Assembly (NCBI GenBank): GCA_027310405.1
Contig: DAIDAX010000002.1
Span: 1-50,216, forward strand
DNA: 50,216 bases
Direction: 5' to 3'
Source: a bacterium
Lineage (GTDB): Archaea > Aenigmatarchaeota > Aenigmatarchaeia > CG10238-14 > SCSR01
Position 1 is the first letter of the stretch; every line of letters begins with the position of its first letter. The position numbers were made by a program, and so were the translations under genes. The notes beneath the pieces are model-generated. The model saw only the letters and a list, made by a program, of their open reading frames with translations, was not told the origin of the DNA and did not search any database. Shown here piece by piece: positions 7,162 through 15,718 of this stretch.

Positions 7162-9345
7162 TTAAAAGTTTTCTAGATTACTTTGTTCGAGTTTTTCAAT
7201 TTTCTGTCCTTCTAATTGTTTTTTGATTATTGCTGCAACATTAGCTCCAACAATTCGTGATAGACTTTCAATTGGAATTTTTCTCAAATCTTCTAACGAT
7301 TTTAGATTTGCATTCCACAATTTTCTTGCACGGACTCTGCCAATTTGTTCGAGTTTAACAAGTGGAAGAAGTTCTTCGCGAATTCCATAAGTCATTCTTA
7401 CACGTGTTTTTCTAACTTCAGTCAAACATTTTTTATTGTCAGTAAGTAAAGCAAGTTCATGTAATGCATACAACAGCCAATCAGCATTTCTTCTCCGATT
7501 AAAAAGTTCTCCGGGCGCAACTTTATACTTGACTAGAATTTCTTCCTCGGTTTTCTCATTTATCCAATCTTCAAACATCAGTGCTGTCTTGATTGATTTA
7601 AAAAATTCTTCAAAATCTAAATCCCATTCTTCTGGAATGGTTCGCAAGAATTGGTTTGTGTTTCGTGCAATAAAATCTTCGAGATCTGCGAACTCTCCAC
7701 TACGCACAGACAATAGTGGGCGCATTTCAGGAACTTCAGAAACTGTCTGCAGAAAACTGAACGAAGAAAGTTTTCTTTCTTCAGAAGTTTTGAGAGCTTC
7801 AAGGAAATTAAATGCAGTTAGTGGATCTATGTATAGTTCTGAAACTCTTTTTCCAATTTTTGTTGCGCGAATTTTTCCGTCAGAAACAGTAACGAACTTC
7901 CATTCAACAAGTTTTGATAAAACTTCTTCTAATTTTTCTTCTAAGCCAGCTTCACTTCCATATTGAAATGCATAGAAAGTTTTTCCAAAAAAATCATAGA
8001 GTTTTTTTTCTGTATTTACAAAATCACTTGCAATTAACGCAAGAGTATGCGTTCGTAAAATTGGTTCTACTGCGAGTTTAGAATGAATTTCTTCAGGTTC
8101 TCCTAAAATAAATTTTTCAGTCAAATCGTGTGCATCATTTTCATTTTTCGCAACAAGTATCGATTCGCCAAATTCGTCGTATTGTGGTCTTCCTGCTCTA
8201 CCAGTCATTTGTTTGTACTCGAGAACTGGAATGTAGACCGAGCCTACTCCAGCGTAAAATCTTTTTGCATCTCTAATAATCACTCTGAATGCTGGTAGAT
8301 TGACACCGAGTGCTAGCGTTGGTGTTGATGTTATTGCTTTCAGTAATCCTTTTCGGAAATTTTCTTCAATAAGTTGTTTTTGTTTTCCCAAAAGTCCGGC
8401 ATGATGAAACGCAACGCCACGTCTAATACATGTTGCTAATTTTTTACACTGATGTGTTGGAATTTCCAAAACATTTAAAATTTCTTCAGAAAGTTTTGCT
8501 AGTTCAAACTCTTCATTCTTTTTTAAGAAAGGTTTGCTTGTCTTAGTTAATTGCTCTGCAAGTGTCTCTGCATTTTTCCTGCTCGAAACGAAAAACAAAC
8601 ATTGTTTGTTCATCTGCAACGTGTTTTGCAAAATTGCATCTTCACTTTTGATATCGCTGAGATTGTAGGATTTTTTTCCGTAAAACTGAATTTGTGAATC
8701 GGAGAATACTCCTTCGTAAAGTTTCACTGGTCTGAAATCACTGAGCACTAAAGTTGCATTCAACCATTTAGAAAGTTCTTGAGAATTTTTTACTGTAGCT
8801 GAAAGTGTAAGTATGTGAGCTCTTGGTGCAACTTCTCGTAATCTCGTCAGCAAAATTTCCAGAGTCGGTCCTCTCTCCGAATCGTTTAGCAAATGAATCT
8901 CGTCAGCAACGGCTAGTCCAATTTGTGAAGCCCAACTAACATTGTGTCTGAGAAGGCTGTCGAGTTTTTCAGATGTCGCAACAATTATGTCATAATCTGC
9001 AAGCCACGGGTCAGAAGAATCATAATCACCGACAGAAATTGCAACTTTGTATTCATCACCAAAAAAGTTTTTGAAATAATTATATTTTTCATAAGCGAGC
9101 GCGACAAGAGGAACGATATAAACTATCTTGTTTTTTGTCTGACTGAGTTTTTTGTACATTACGAGTTCAGCCATTAAAGTTTTTCCACCCGCTGTTGGGA
9201 GAGTTATGACAAGATTTCTATCGTGCAGTAAATTCTTTCTTACCATGTCTGCTTGCGGAGGATAAAGTTCTTGAATTTTTTCTTTCTTCAGTTTGTCAAC
9301 AATTTTTTCAGAAAAACCAAACTTCAGAAGTTCTTCGACTTTCAT
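7162..9345 (-). CDS. hel308: Hel308/Hjm (Ski2-like) DNA helicase
   Basis: LPTAGGKTLMAE (Walker A), VADEIHLL (DEIH box), LSATV, HHAGL, TPTLALGVNLPA and QMTGRAGRPQYD. The start is set at the internal ATG (MKVEELLKFGF). The 53-codon upstream extension in the ORF track overlaps kae1 and looks non-coding. Confidence 0.9.
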   Translation of the reverse strand: MKVEELLKFGFSEKIVDKLKKEKIQELYPPQADMVRKNLLHDRNLVITLPTAGGKTLMAELVMYKKLSQTKNKIVYIVPLVALAYEKYNYFKNFFGDEYKVAISVGDYDSSDPWLADYDIIVATSEKLDSLLRHNVSWASQIGLAVADEIHLLNDSERGPTLEILLTRLREVAPRAHILTLSATVKNSQELSKWLNATLVLSDFRPVKLYEGVFSDSQIQFYGKKSYNLSDIKSEDAILQNTLQMNKQCLFFVSSRKNAETLAEQLTKTSKPFLKKNEEFELAKLSEEILNVLEIPTHQCKKLATCIRRGVAFHHAGLLGKQKQLIEENFRKGLLKAITSTPTLALGVNLPAFRVIIRDAKRFYAGVGSVYIPVLEYKQMTGRAGRPQYDEFGESILVAKNENDAHDLTEKFILGEPEEIHSKLAVEPILRTHTLALIASDFVNTEKKLYDFFGKTFYAFQYGSEAGLEEKLEEVLSKLVEWKFVTVSDGKIRATKIGKRVSELYIDPLTAFNFLEALKTSEERKLSSFSFLQTVSEVPEMRPLLSVRSGEFADLEDFIARNTNQFLRTIPEEWDLDFEEFFKSIKTALMFEDWINEKTEEEILVKYKVAPGELFNRRRNADWLLYALHELALLTDNKKCLTEVRKTRVRMTYGIREELLPLVKLEQIGRVRARKLWNANLKSLEDLRKIPIESLSRIVGANVAAIIKKQLEGQKIEKLEQSNLENF

Positions 9346-9391
9346 GTGAACACAATTAACTTCTTGATTTTTAAATGTTAGAAATATTCGT
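9346..9391. promoter_or_regulatory. shared bidirectional promoter with a palindromic TATA box
   Basis: TTTAAA at 9370-9375 lies ~27 nt from the hel308 ATG (9345, -) and ~20 nt from the kae1 ATG (9392, +). This is consistent with leaderless divergent transcripts. Confidence 0.4.
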
Positions 9392-10369
9392 ATGATCTGT
9401 CTTGGGATAGAAAGCACGGCGCACACTTTTGGAGTGGGAGTTGTAAACGATCGGGGGAAAATTTTGTCCGACTCTAGAGACATGTTTGTACCTAAACCTG
9501 GCAAAGGATTTGTTCCAAAGGAGTTGGCTGATCATCACATTGAATTTGCTTTCAAAATAGTTGATGATGCATTAAAGAAATCTAGTTTAAAGCTGCATGA
9601 TTTAGATCTGATTGCTTTTTCACAAGGACCTGGTATTCCAAATTCTTTGAGAATTGGTGCAGCTGCCGCAAGATTTTTGGCGACAAAATTTAATAAACCT
9701 CTTGTAGGAGTTAATCATCCTGTTGCTCATATTGAAATTGGAAAATTGAACACTGGAGCAAAAGATCCGATTGTCGTTTATTTGTCGGGAGGAAACACGC
9801 AGATAATTGCACATGTTGAAGGAAAGTATAGAGTTTTTGGTGAGACTGAAGATATTCCTGTCGGAAATTGTTTTGATGTTGTCGCGAGAGAAATTAGTTT
9901 ACCTTATCCTGGTGGGTCAAATATAGAAAAATTTGCAAAGAACGGAAACTATGTAGAACTTCCTTACATTGTAAAAGGTATGGATCAAAGTTTCAGTGGA
10001 ATTGCAACTGCTGCTGTGAAAAAATTCAAAGCCGGAGTGAGAAAGGAAGACATTTGTTACAGTTTGCAGGAAACTTGTTTTGCAATGTTGACAGAAGTCA
10101 CCGAACGAGCGATGGCTCATACAGAGAAAAAAGAAGTGTTGCTTGTCGGCGGGGTTGCAGCGAACAAAAGATTACAAGAGATGATGAACAAAATGTGTGA
10201 GGAGCGCGGAGCGAAAATGTTTGTTGTCGATGAAAATTTTTCAGGAGATAATGGAACGATGATTGCTTGGACTGGATTGCTTCAATACTCTACAGAGAAA
10301 AAGCAGACTAAAGATACTTCTATCAAACAAAATTGGCGCACCGATGAAGTGAAAACAATTTGGATTTAG
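9392..10369 (+). CDS. kae1: Kae1 (tRNA t6A37 threonylcarbamoyltransferase, KEOPS catalytic subunit)
   Basis: MICLGIESTAHTFGVGVV, GPGIPNSLRIGAAAAR, GVNHPVAHIE, YLSGGNTQ, LVGGVAANKRL and SGDNGTMIAW are ASKHA/Kae1 signatures. Confidence 0.92.
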   Translation: MICLGIESTAHTFGVGVVNDRGKILSDSRDMFVPKPGKGFVPKELADHHIEFAFKIVDDALKKSSLKLHDLDLIAFSQGPGIPNSLRIGAAAARFLATKFNKPLVGVNHPVAHIEIGKLNTGAKDPIVVYLSGGNTQIIAHVEGKYRVFGETEDIPVGNCFDVVAREISLPYPGGSNIEKFAKNGNYVELPYIVKGMDQSFSGIATAAVKKFKAGVRKEDICYSLQETCFAMLTEVTERAMAHTEKKEVLLVGGVAANKRLQEMMNKMCEERGAKMFVVDENFSGDNGTMIAWTGLLQYSTEKKQTKDTSIKQNWRTDEVKTIWI

Positions 10370-10629
10370 ATAAGTTCGTTTTCACTCACGATGACGAAGT
10401 CTCCGATGCTCTTCACTGCGGAGAATGGAACGAGTAAACGTCCTTTGTCGTCTGTTTTAAGATTCAGGTCTGACAAATGCTTTGTCGGCTGTTCAACAAT
10501 CAGGTTCAAGAGCTCACCGCTTTCAGTTATGAAATCTATGTTGCTCACGATTCCGAACTTTCTTCCTGTCTCTTCGCTGATTATCGACTTACCAACGATG
10601 TCCCCTGCGCGAACTTTTTGCTCAGCCAT
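10366..10629 (-). CDS. PRC-barrel domain protein
   Basis: DIVGKSIISEETGRKFGIVSNIDF..SGELLNLIV pattern. Start set at the ATG preceded by GGAGGT; the track begins at an upstream TTG at 10656. The 3' end overlaps kae1 convergently by 4 nt. Confidence 0.65.
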   Translation of the reverse strand: MAEQKVRAGDIVGKSIISEETGRKFGIVSNIDFITESGELLNLIVEQPTKHLSDLNLKTDDKGRLLVPFSAVKSIGDFVIVSENELI

Positions 10630-10704
10630 TAGAATACCTCCAGCTTTTCTATACAATAGTTGGGATTATTTATATTAATCCTTTTTTGACTGTTTTTACG
10701 ATTA

Positions 10705-11247
10705 ATGCTTATGCCACGTCTGTTTATTGGCATATTTGTTCCGGAAAATTTGAAAACGAAGATTGTTTTGTTACAGAAAGAAATTGAGAAACTTCCAGCA
10801 AAACTCAAGTTAGTTGAACTGGAAAATCTTCACATAAGTTTGTCGTTTTTGGGAAACGTCGAAGAAAGCAGAATAGACGAGTTAAAGGAGAAACTGGATT
10901 CTGTTGCACAGGCGTATACGAAGTTTGAGACAAAAATTTCAGGCTTGAAACTTATCCCAAATGAGAATTACGTACGTGTTATCGCCCTTAATTTACAGAA
11001 TGGTGTTTTGAACCTAATTTCTAAACACGTTGAAAAAGAAATCGGCGGTGATGTTAATCCTCCGCATCTTACTTTGTGTAGAATAAAATCTATTTCAGAC
11101 AAGAAATTTTTTGTTGAAAAGATTTTGAATTTGAATTCGGATATTGGAAAATTTACAGTAGATTCACTTGATTTAGTAGAAAGTAAGTTAGGACAGAATG
11201 GTCCTGTATACAACAGTTTGCACAAAAGTTTTCTACTCAATAAATAA
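10705..11247 (+). CDS. 2H phosphoesterase (2'-5' RNA ligase LigT/ThpR-like)
   Basis: Two HxT/S motifs (LHISLSFLG and PHLTLCRIK) with the correct spacing in a 180-aa protein. Confidence 0.8.
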   Translation: MLMPRLFIGIFVPENLKTKIVLLQKEIEKLPAKLKLVELENLHISLSFLGNVEESRIDELKEKLDSVAQAYTKFETKISGLKLIPNENYVRVIALNLQNGVLNLISKHVEKEIGGDVNPPHLTLCRIKSISDKKFFVEKILNLNSDIGKFTVDSLDLVESKLGQNGPVYNSLHKSFLLNK

Positions 11248-12031
11248 GTTTGAGAATGTCGCGATCGGTAATTATTCCTTGCAAATTGGCATCAGTATCT
11301 ACTACAACTAGTCCGCCAACATCTAAATTGTTCATTGTTTTTATAGCATCTGAAATGTCGGAGCTTTTGTTTGTTTTTGCAATGACTGTTCTCATCATTG
11401 TCACTAGCGGAACTTTCAGTGCATTAATGTCGAAATTGTTTTGAACGAGATTGCTGAGTATGTCATGTGAAGTTGTTATGCCAACAACTCTGTTTCCATC
11501 AAGCACAGGGAATCTTCTCAGTCTTGCAGTTGCAGTAAGCCTCAGTGCATCGTACATCGTGTGTGTTATCTTAAGAACCATTGGCCTTTGAATCATTATC
11601 TGATCGACAGCTGTTTTGAAAACAACATTCGCAAAATTTTTTACAAAATCTCTTTCGGTGACCATACCAACTGGTTTGTTTTTATTCATCACTGGCAGTC
11701 CGCCTCGTTTACCAATTTTTAATTTTTGAAAAACTGTGTCAATTGTGTCGTCGACAGAACAAGTGAAAACATTTTTCACCATAATTTTCGATACGCTAGA
11801 TTTGATACTTTCTCCATTAGCAAGTGCTGTAAGAATATCAACAGAAGTTACAATACCTTCTAGAAAGTTTTTGTCGTTCACTACTGGCATTCTGCGAGTT
11901 TTGAGTTGTAAAATTCTTTTTGCAGCTTGCTCAATAGTGTTGTGTGAGTAAACTGTAACGACTGGAGATGAATAAAGTTTTCTTATTTGATCTGATCTTC
12001 TGAAGCCGGAATCTTCAAGGAGGACATTCAT
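11237..12031 (-). CDS. CBS-domain protein (four CBS repeats)
   Basis: Repeated CBS patterns (..RRMPVVND..LEGIVTSVDIL.., GGLPVMNKNKPVGMVTERDF, RRFPVLDGNRVVGITTSHDIL, GGLVVVDTDANLQGIITDRDIL). Start set at the ATG that forms an ATGA overlap with the upstream stop. Confidence 0.8.
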   Translation of the reverse strand: MNVLLEDSGFRRSDQIRKLYSSPVVTVYSHNTIEQAAKRILQLKTRRMPVVNDKNFLEGIVTSVDILTALANGESIKSSVSKIMVKNVFTCSVDDTIDTVFQKLKIGKRGGLPVMNKNKPVGMVTERDFVKNFANVVFKTAVDQIMIQRPMVLKITHTMYDALRLTATARLRRFPVLDGNRVVGITTSHDILSNLVQNNFDINALKVPLVTMMRTVIAKTNKSSDISDAIKTMNNLDVGGLVVVDTDANLQGIITDRDILKLIY

Positions 12032-12576
12032 TTTTCCGCTTCCGCTTCTTCTCTGCAACTATCACAAAGCCAACTTCCACCAACTGGTCTAAGGTCGTCT
12101 GAAAAATTGTCGCAGTTATCGCAGATTCCGGAAGTATGTTCTGTCATGGTTTCTGTTGGCTCCTCTTTCATCTGCAATCGCATTTCCAAAAGGTTGACCA
12201 TCTCCGGAGAAGTTTTTGCAATGTCCGATAAAGAAATTATTCCAACAATTTTTCCATTGGCAATTACTGGAAGCCTGTGGACATTTCCTTTCTTCATTTT
12301 TCTTACAGCTGTTAGAATATCAACATCTGGTGTTGTTGAAACGAAGTGTCTGCTCATCACATCTTTTATTTTTACTTTGCTTGGTTGTTTGTTAGCAGCG
12401 ATTATTCGTTTGATTAAGTCGCTATCTGAGAGAACGCCAACTGGTCTGTTCTTGGATGTTACAACTAAAAATCCTCTTCGTATTTTTCTCAGAAGTATAC
12501 CAGCATCTTTTGCTGTTTTGTTTTGATCGATTGTGTAGACTGGTTGTGTCATTATTTCTTTTACAAGCATCGGCAC
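12028..12576 (-). CDS. CBS-pair protein with C-terminal zinc ribbon
   Basis: CBS patterns (RGFLVVTSKNRPVGVLSDSDL; HRLPVIANGKIVGIISLSDI) followed by CDNC..(16 aa)..CDSC. Confidence 0.8.
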   Translation of the reverse strand: MPMLVKEIMTQPVYTIDQNKTAKDAGILLRKIRRGFLVVTSKNRPVGVLSDSDLIKRIIAANKQPSKVKIKDVMSRHFVSTTPDVDILTAVRKMKKGNVHRLPVIANGKIVGIISLSDIAKTSPEMVNLLEMRLQMKEEPTETMTEHTSGICDNCDNFSDDLRPVGGSWLCDSCREEAEAEK

Positions 12577-12610
12577 ACTAACACCTACAATAGTTAGTTG
12601 GTTTTTGTTT

Positions 12611-12943
12611 TTATTTATATTGTTTCAAAAATTCGTTTATTTCCTGTCCGTCAGTTTGTAAGACAACTTTTTGCGGATTCATTATACGGATTTTTCCATA
12701 GCCAAAATCAACGACGAGAAAGAATGGAAATTTTTCAAGTTCCTTTTGCATGTATCCGTAATAGTAAAACTTTTTTTTACCGGAGGATTTTATCTGAAGC
12801 ATTATACAATTTCCACGTTTCATGCAAATGAGATCAGCTTCTCCTATACTTGCACCAGCACGAACAACAATCCATCCGTTTTTTTCAAACATAATTCGAA
12901 TTTTTCTTTCAACTCTGTAGCCCTTTCTCTTCGAGTGAACCAT
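12611..12943 (-). CDS. hjc: Holliday junction resolvase Hjc-like (PD-(D/E)xK nuclease)
   Basis: SKRKGYRVERKIRIMFEKNGWIVVRAGAS.GEADLICMK..CIMLQIKS matches the Hjc layout (E..., D, E/Q-x-K). 110 aa. Confidence 0.65.
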   Translation of the reverse strand: MVHSKRKGYRVERKIRIMFEKNGWIVVRAGASIGEADLICMKRGNCIMLQIKSSGKKKFYYYGYMQKELEKFPFFLVVDFGYGKIRIMNPQKVVLQTDGQEINEFLKQYK

Positions 12944-12978
12944 ATTAATTATTTGTAGCGAAACGTAAACATTAACGT

Positions 12979-13656
12979 ATGAGAATACTCGCGATTGCTT
13001 GCATACACAATGACATAGAAAGTTTGTTGAATCTTCTCGACAAAATTTCTGGAGAAAAATTTGATGTTGTTGTGTGTCCTGGAGATTTCACTGACTTATC
13101 TTTGCCGAAAGGTTTCACTCGTGTCGACGTAGGGAAACTTATTCTTGAGGAACTTCGTAATGCTGGCAAACCCATTGTTACTGTTCCTGGAAGTTGGGAT
13201 AAAGAGTTGATAGAATTTTTAGATAAACAAAATGTTAGCGTTCATGGAAAATCGATTGTTGTTAATGATGTTGCGTTCTACGGTTATGGTGGTGCACGAA
13301 CGCCTTTCGGAACTCCATTCGAGCCGAGCGATTTGGAAATTGAAAATGGATTACGTGCGGCATACAAAAATATTTCACATAAAGCAGTGAAAGTTCAGGT
13401 GACTCATGCTCCGCCAGCGAATACGAAGCTTGATGTTATTTACAGTGGTGCGCATGTCGGATCTGAAGCAGTGAGAAAAATCATTCAGGAATTTGAACCG
13501 ACTGTTGCAATTTCTGCACACATTCACGAATCGAAAGGAGTAGATGCTCTTGGAAAAACAACTCTTGTAAATCCTGGAAGATTTCCAGAAGGAACTTGCG
13601 CTCTTATCGACATAGATAATGGGAAAGCTACAGCAAAAATCGTGAGTCTGACCTAG
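12979..13656 (+). CDS. calcineurin-like metallophosphoesterase
   Basis: VVCPGDFTD (GD motif), THAPP and SAHIHES (GHxH-like). Motif I reads ACIHN and motif III reads GSWD, so both are partly non-canonical. Confidence 0.65.
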   Translation: MRILAIACIHNDIESLLNLLDKISGEKFDVVVCPGDFTDLSLPKGFTRVDVGKLILEELRNAGKPIVTVPGSWDKELIEFLDKQNVSVHGKSIVVNDVAFYGYGGARTPFGTPFEPSDLEIENGLRAAYKNISHKAVKVQVTHAPPANTKLDVIYSGAHVGSEAVRKIIQEFEPTVAISAHIHESKGVDALGKTTLVNPGRFPEGTCALIDIDNGKATAKIVSLT

Positions 13657-13736
13657 CTTTTGCAGTATACAAAACCATTTTTATATCTTAAGTTCTATAA
13701 CTCTTTCACAGTGAGGGGCGAAATGAGGGAGAAACG

Positions 13737-14129
13737 ATGACTAATCAAGAACAGTCGATTAATTTTTCTACAGAAATTCAAGAAGCCTCTACAAATCTGG
13801 ATGAAAATGTTTTGACTCTCGCCGAAAGAATGGATTTCTTGGACGTTCAGCTTTTGAGAAAATTTTATTCAACTGGCAAACCATTCCCAAATGACACGCA
13901 ACCGTTTTGTTTTCCTGTTCTGTTTATGGAAATGAAAGTCAACAACAAAATTCAGATCGGGCTCGAGGCCTTGAGGAAGAGACTTGATAACCTTGTTAGT
14001 CTTGGGTTCTTGGAAAAAGTTGTTAGATCAAATCCTGCAAACTACACTCCAGTTCATGGTAAAGAAGTCGAAGTCCGGGCCCTCATAACACGTTTCTTTG
14101 TGATTAATGGTTTAATGAAATATTTGTGA
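13737..14129 (+). CDS. winged-helix DNA-binding protein, hypothetical
   Basis: LDVQLLRKFY ... GLEALRKRLDNLVSLGFLEKV resembles a wHTH recognition helix plus wing. A GAGGGAG RBS-like element lies upstream. Confidence 0.5.
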   Translation: MTNQEQSINFSTEIQEASTNLDENVLTLAERMDFLDVQLLRKFYSTGKPFPNDTQPFCFPVLFMEMKVNNKIQIGLEALRKRLDNLVSLGFLEKVVRSNPANYTPVHGKEVEVRALITRFFVINGLMKYL

Positions 14130-14408
14130 GAATTCCAACACAATTTTTCTAACATTCCAATTTTAATTATGTAAATTCTGACGAATTTTTTCCGATCTTT
14201 CTACTGAAATTTGTGTAGATGTAGAAGAATTTTTTCGGGATTAATTAATTTTTAATTTTATTTTCTATCTATAACAATAACAACGTTATTATATTATATA
14301 ACTAACAGAATCTTTACAAACACGCGAAAAACTGTCGTCGGCCATTTACTCGAACTGTTTAGGGAACATTTTCAAAATTATTTAAGTATGTATGACTAAT
14401 CATAGAAA

Positions 14409-14666
14409 ATGAAACGCGGGCGTCCAAACGTCAGAAATTTAGTTCAAAACAATCTTCTGCTTGTTTTAACAACTGCACAGACACCAATGACCGTTTCTTC
14501 GCTGACAAGGTTCATTTCAAAACAGATCAACAAGCAATTGAGCTGGAACACAGTTCAAAAATATTTACAAGAACTCATTCAAGCTGACAAAGTACAAGCA
14601 ATCTCACTTCCACACTCGAAACTTGAAGACAGGAATGGCTTAACCGTTTATACATTGAGGAAGTAA
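14409..14666 (+). CDS. small winged-helix DNA-binding protein, hypothetical
   Basis: LLLVLTTAQTPMTVSSLTRFISKQINKQLSWNTVQKYLQELIQADKV..GLTVYTL has an HTH plus beta-wing layout. A TATA-like tatttaag lies ~20 nt upstream. Confidence 0.5.
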   Translation: MKRGRPNVRNLVQNNLLLVLTTAQTPMTVSSLTRFISKQINKQLSWNTVQKYLQELIQADKVQAISLPHSKLEDRNGLTVYTLRK

Positions 14667-14680
14667 TAGATTACGATTTC

Positions 14681-15709
14681 ATGAACGCACAGGAAGTCAT
14701 TAATAAATTTATTTCAAAAGGATTTCAGCTGAACTCAGACAGTCTGAAATTTTTCACAGAGAATCCGGAAAAAATTGATGACTTCATTACCGAATTAGAA
14801 AATCTTCCACAAAAGCCAACAACGATTACAAAAGAGAACGTAACCAAATTTTTGGAGACTACAGAATCCGAAATCAAAATAATTGAAGAATTTCCAAGAC
14901 AGAACAAAGTTCTCACGACAAACGAAGTTGCACAAATTTATCAGAACCAATTTGATAGAATTAAAAAAATTCTCTCCAATAGGATTGATTTACCAAACTC
15001 GATATCAATAAACAAAATCTCCGACAAGCTGAAAGAATTTTCGATAATAGCAAGAGTTTCACAGATTGATGGAAGCAAAATTATTCTAGAAGACCTAACA
15101 AACCAGATAACTGTAACTTTTCCAAACTCAGAATCCGATAAGCAATTTTTAATTGAAGGAGAAGTCGCGGGATTTATTTGCTCAAATACAGAAAGAGGTC
15201 TACAAATTAAAAAAATAATCTGGCCAGATTTACAATTCAAAAAAGAAGTCACAAAAGGCACAGGGAAAATTATGTTTTCAAACACAACCGACGAAAAACT
15301 ACAACAATCATCAATAAAAATATTTCTTGGAAACGAAGGTCTCTTTTTAGAAAGAGACTCAGAAATTAAAAAAATATCCGATCCATGTATACTTGAAATG
15401 AACGGAGTACGAATTTTTGTTTCGCATGGAAAAATTTTAGAAAAATATAAGGCTAAGCTTGGAGATACTGCAGCAAAAATAATTCTAAATCTAGCTCGCA
15501 AACGAATAATTTTTCCACCGAAATCAATTGCAGAAAATTTTGTACTAGAGGAAATTCCAGATATTTTTGTTGTTGATTCTTTCGGAGAGGCCGAGGCAAT
15601 CACATACAAAGGAACAACTTTTCTTTCGTTAGGTGACCCTAACAAGAAAAAAACTGCGTGGATAGTGGATCTACAAACTAGAGAAAACGTTAAAATAGAT
15701 TTGAATTAA
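14681..15709 (+). CDS. DNA polymerase small/B-subunit-like protein (DP1 homolog, shortened, degenerate phosphoesterase motifs)
   Basis: Aligned by eye to archaeal PolD DP1. Matching segments: N-terminal VINKFISKGFQLNSDSLKFF, FDRIKKIL, an OB-like segment FSIIARVSQIDGSKIILEDLTNQITVTF, GEVAGFIC..IKKIIWPDL, DPCILEMNGVRIFVSHG, LARKRIIFPP, IPDIFVVDSFGE..YKGTTFLSLG. Expected motifs DxH, GDxxDG, GNHD and GHxH read FSNTTD, absent, GNEG and DSFG. Confidence 0.65.
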   Translation: MNAQEVINKFISKGFQLNSDSLKFFTENPEKIDDFITELENLPQKPTTITKENVTKFLETTESEIKIIEEFPRQNKVLTTNEVAQIYQNQFDRIKKILSNRIDLPNSISINKISDKLKEFSIIARVSQIDGSKIILEDLTNQITVTFPNSESDKQFLIEGEVAGFICSNTERGLQIKKIIWPDLQFKKEVTKGTGKIMFSNTTDEKLQQSSIKIFLGNEGLFLERDSEIKKISDPCILEMNGVRIFVSHGKILEKYKAKLGDTAAKIILNLARKRIIFPPKSIAENFVLEEIPDIFVVDSFGEAEAITYKGTTFLSLGDPNKKKTAWIVDLQTRENVKIDLN

Positions 15710-15718
15710 TTAGTAAGC

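Noticed and set aside
9346-9504. 53-codon N-terminal extension of the hel308 ORF (MPGLGTNMSLESDK...), which overlaps the kae1 start on the opposite strand
   Set aside because: The sequence has no helicase-like features. The conserved helicase N-terminus begins at the internal ATG at 9345 (MKVEELLKFGF). The extension would remove the promoter region shared with kae1.
14130-14408. Calling this spacer a replication origin outright
   Set aside because: No Orc1/Cdc6 gene is adjacent, and I could not identify ORB-type inverted repeats. Only short direct repeats and AT-richness are present. It is kept as a low-confidence finding rather than a feature.
14941-15645. 234-aa antisense ORF inside the DP1-like gene
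   Set aside because: The sequence is low-complexity and rich in Ser, Ile and Phe, as expected for the reverse strand of an AT-rich gene. The sense frame carries recognisable DP1-like segments.
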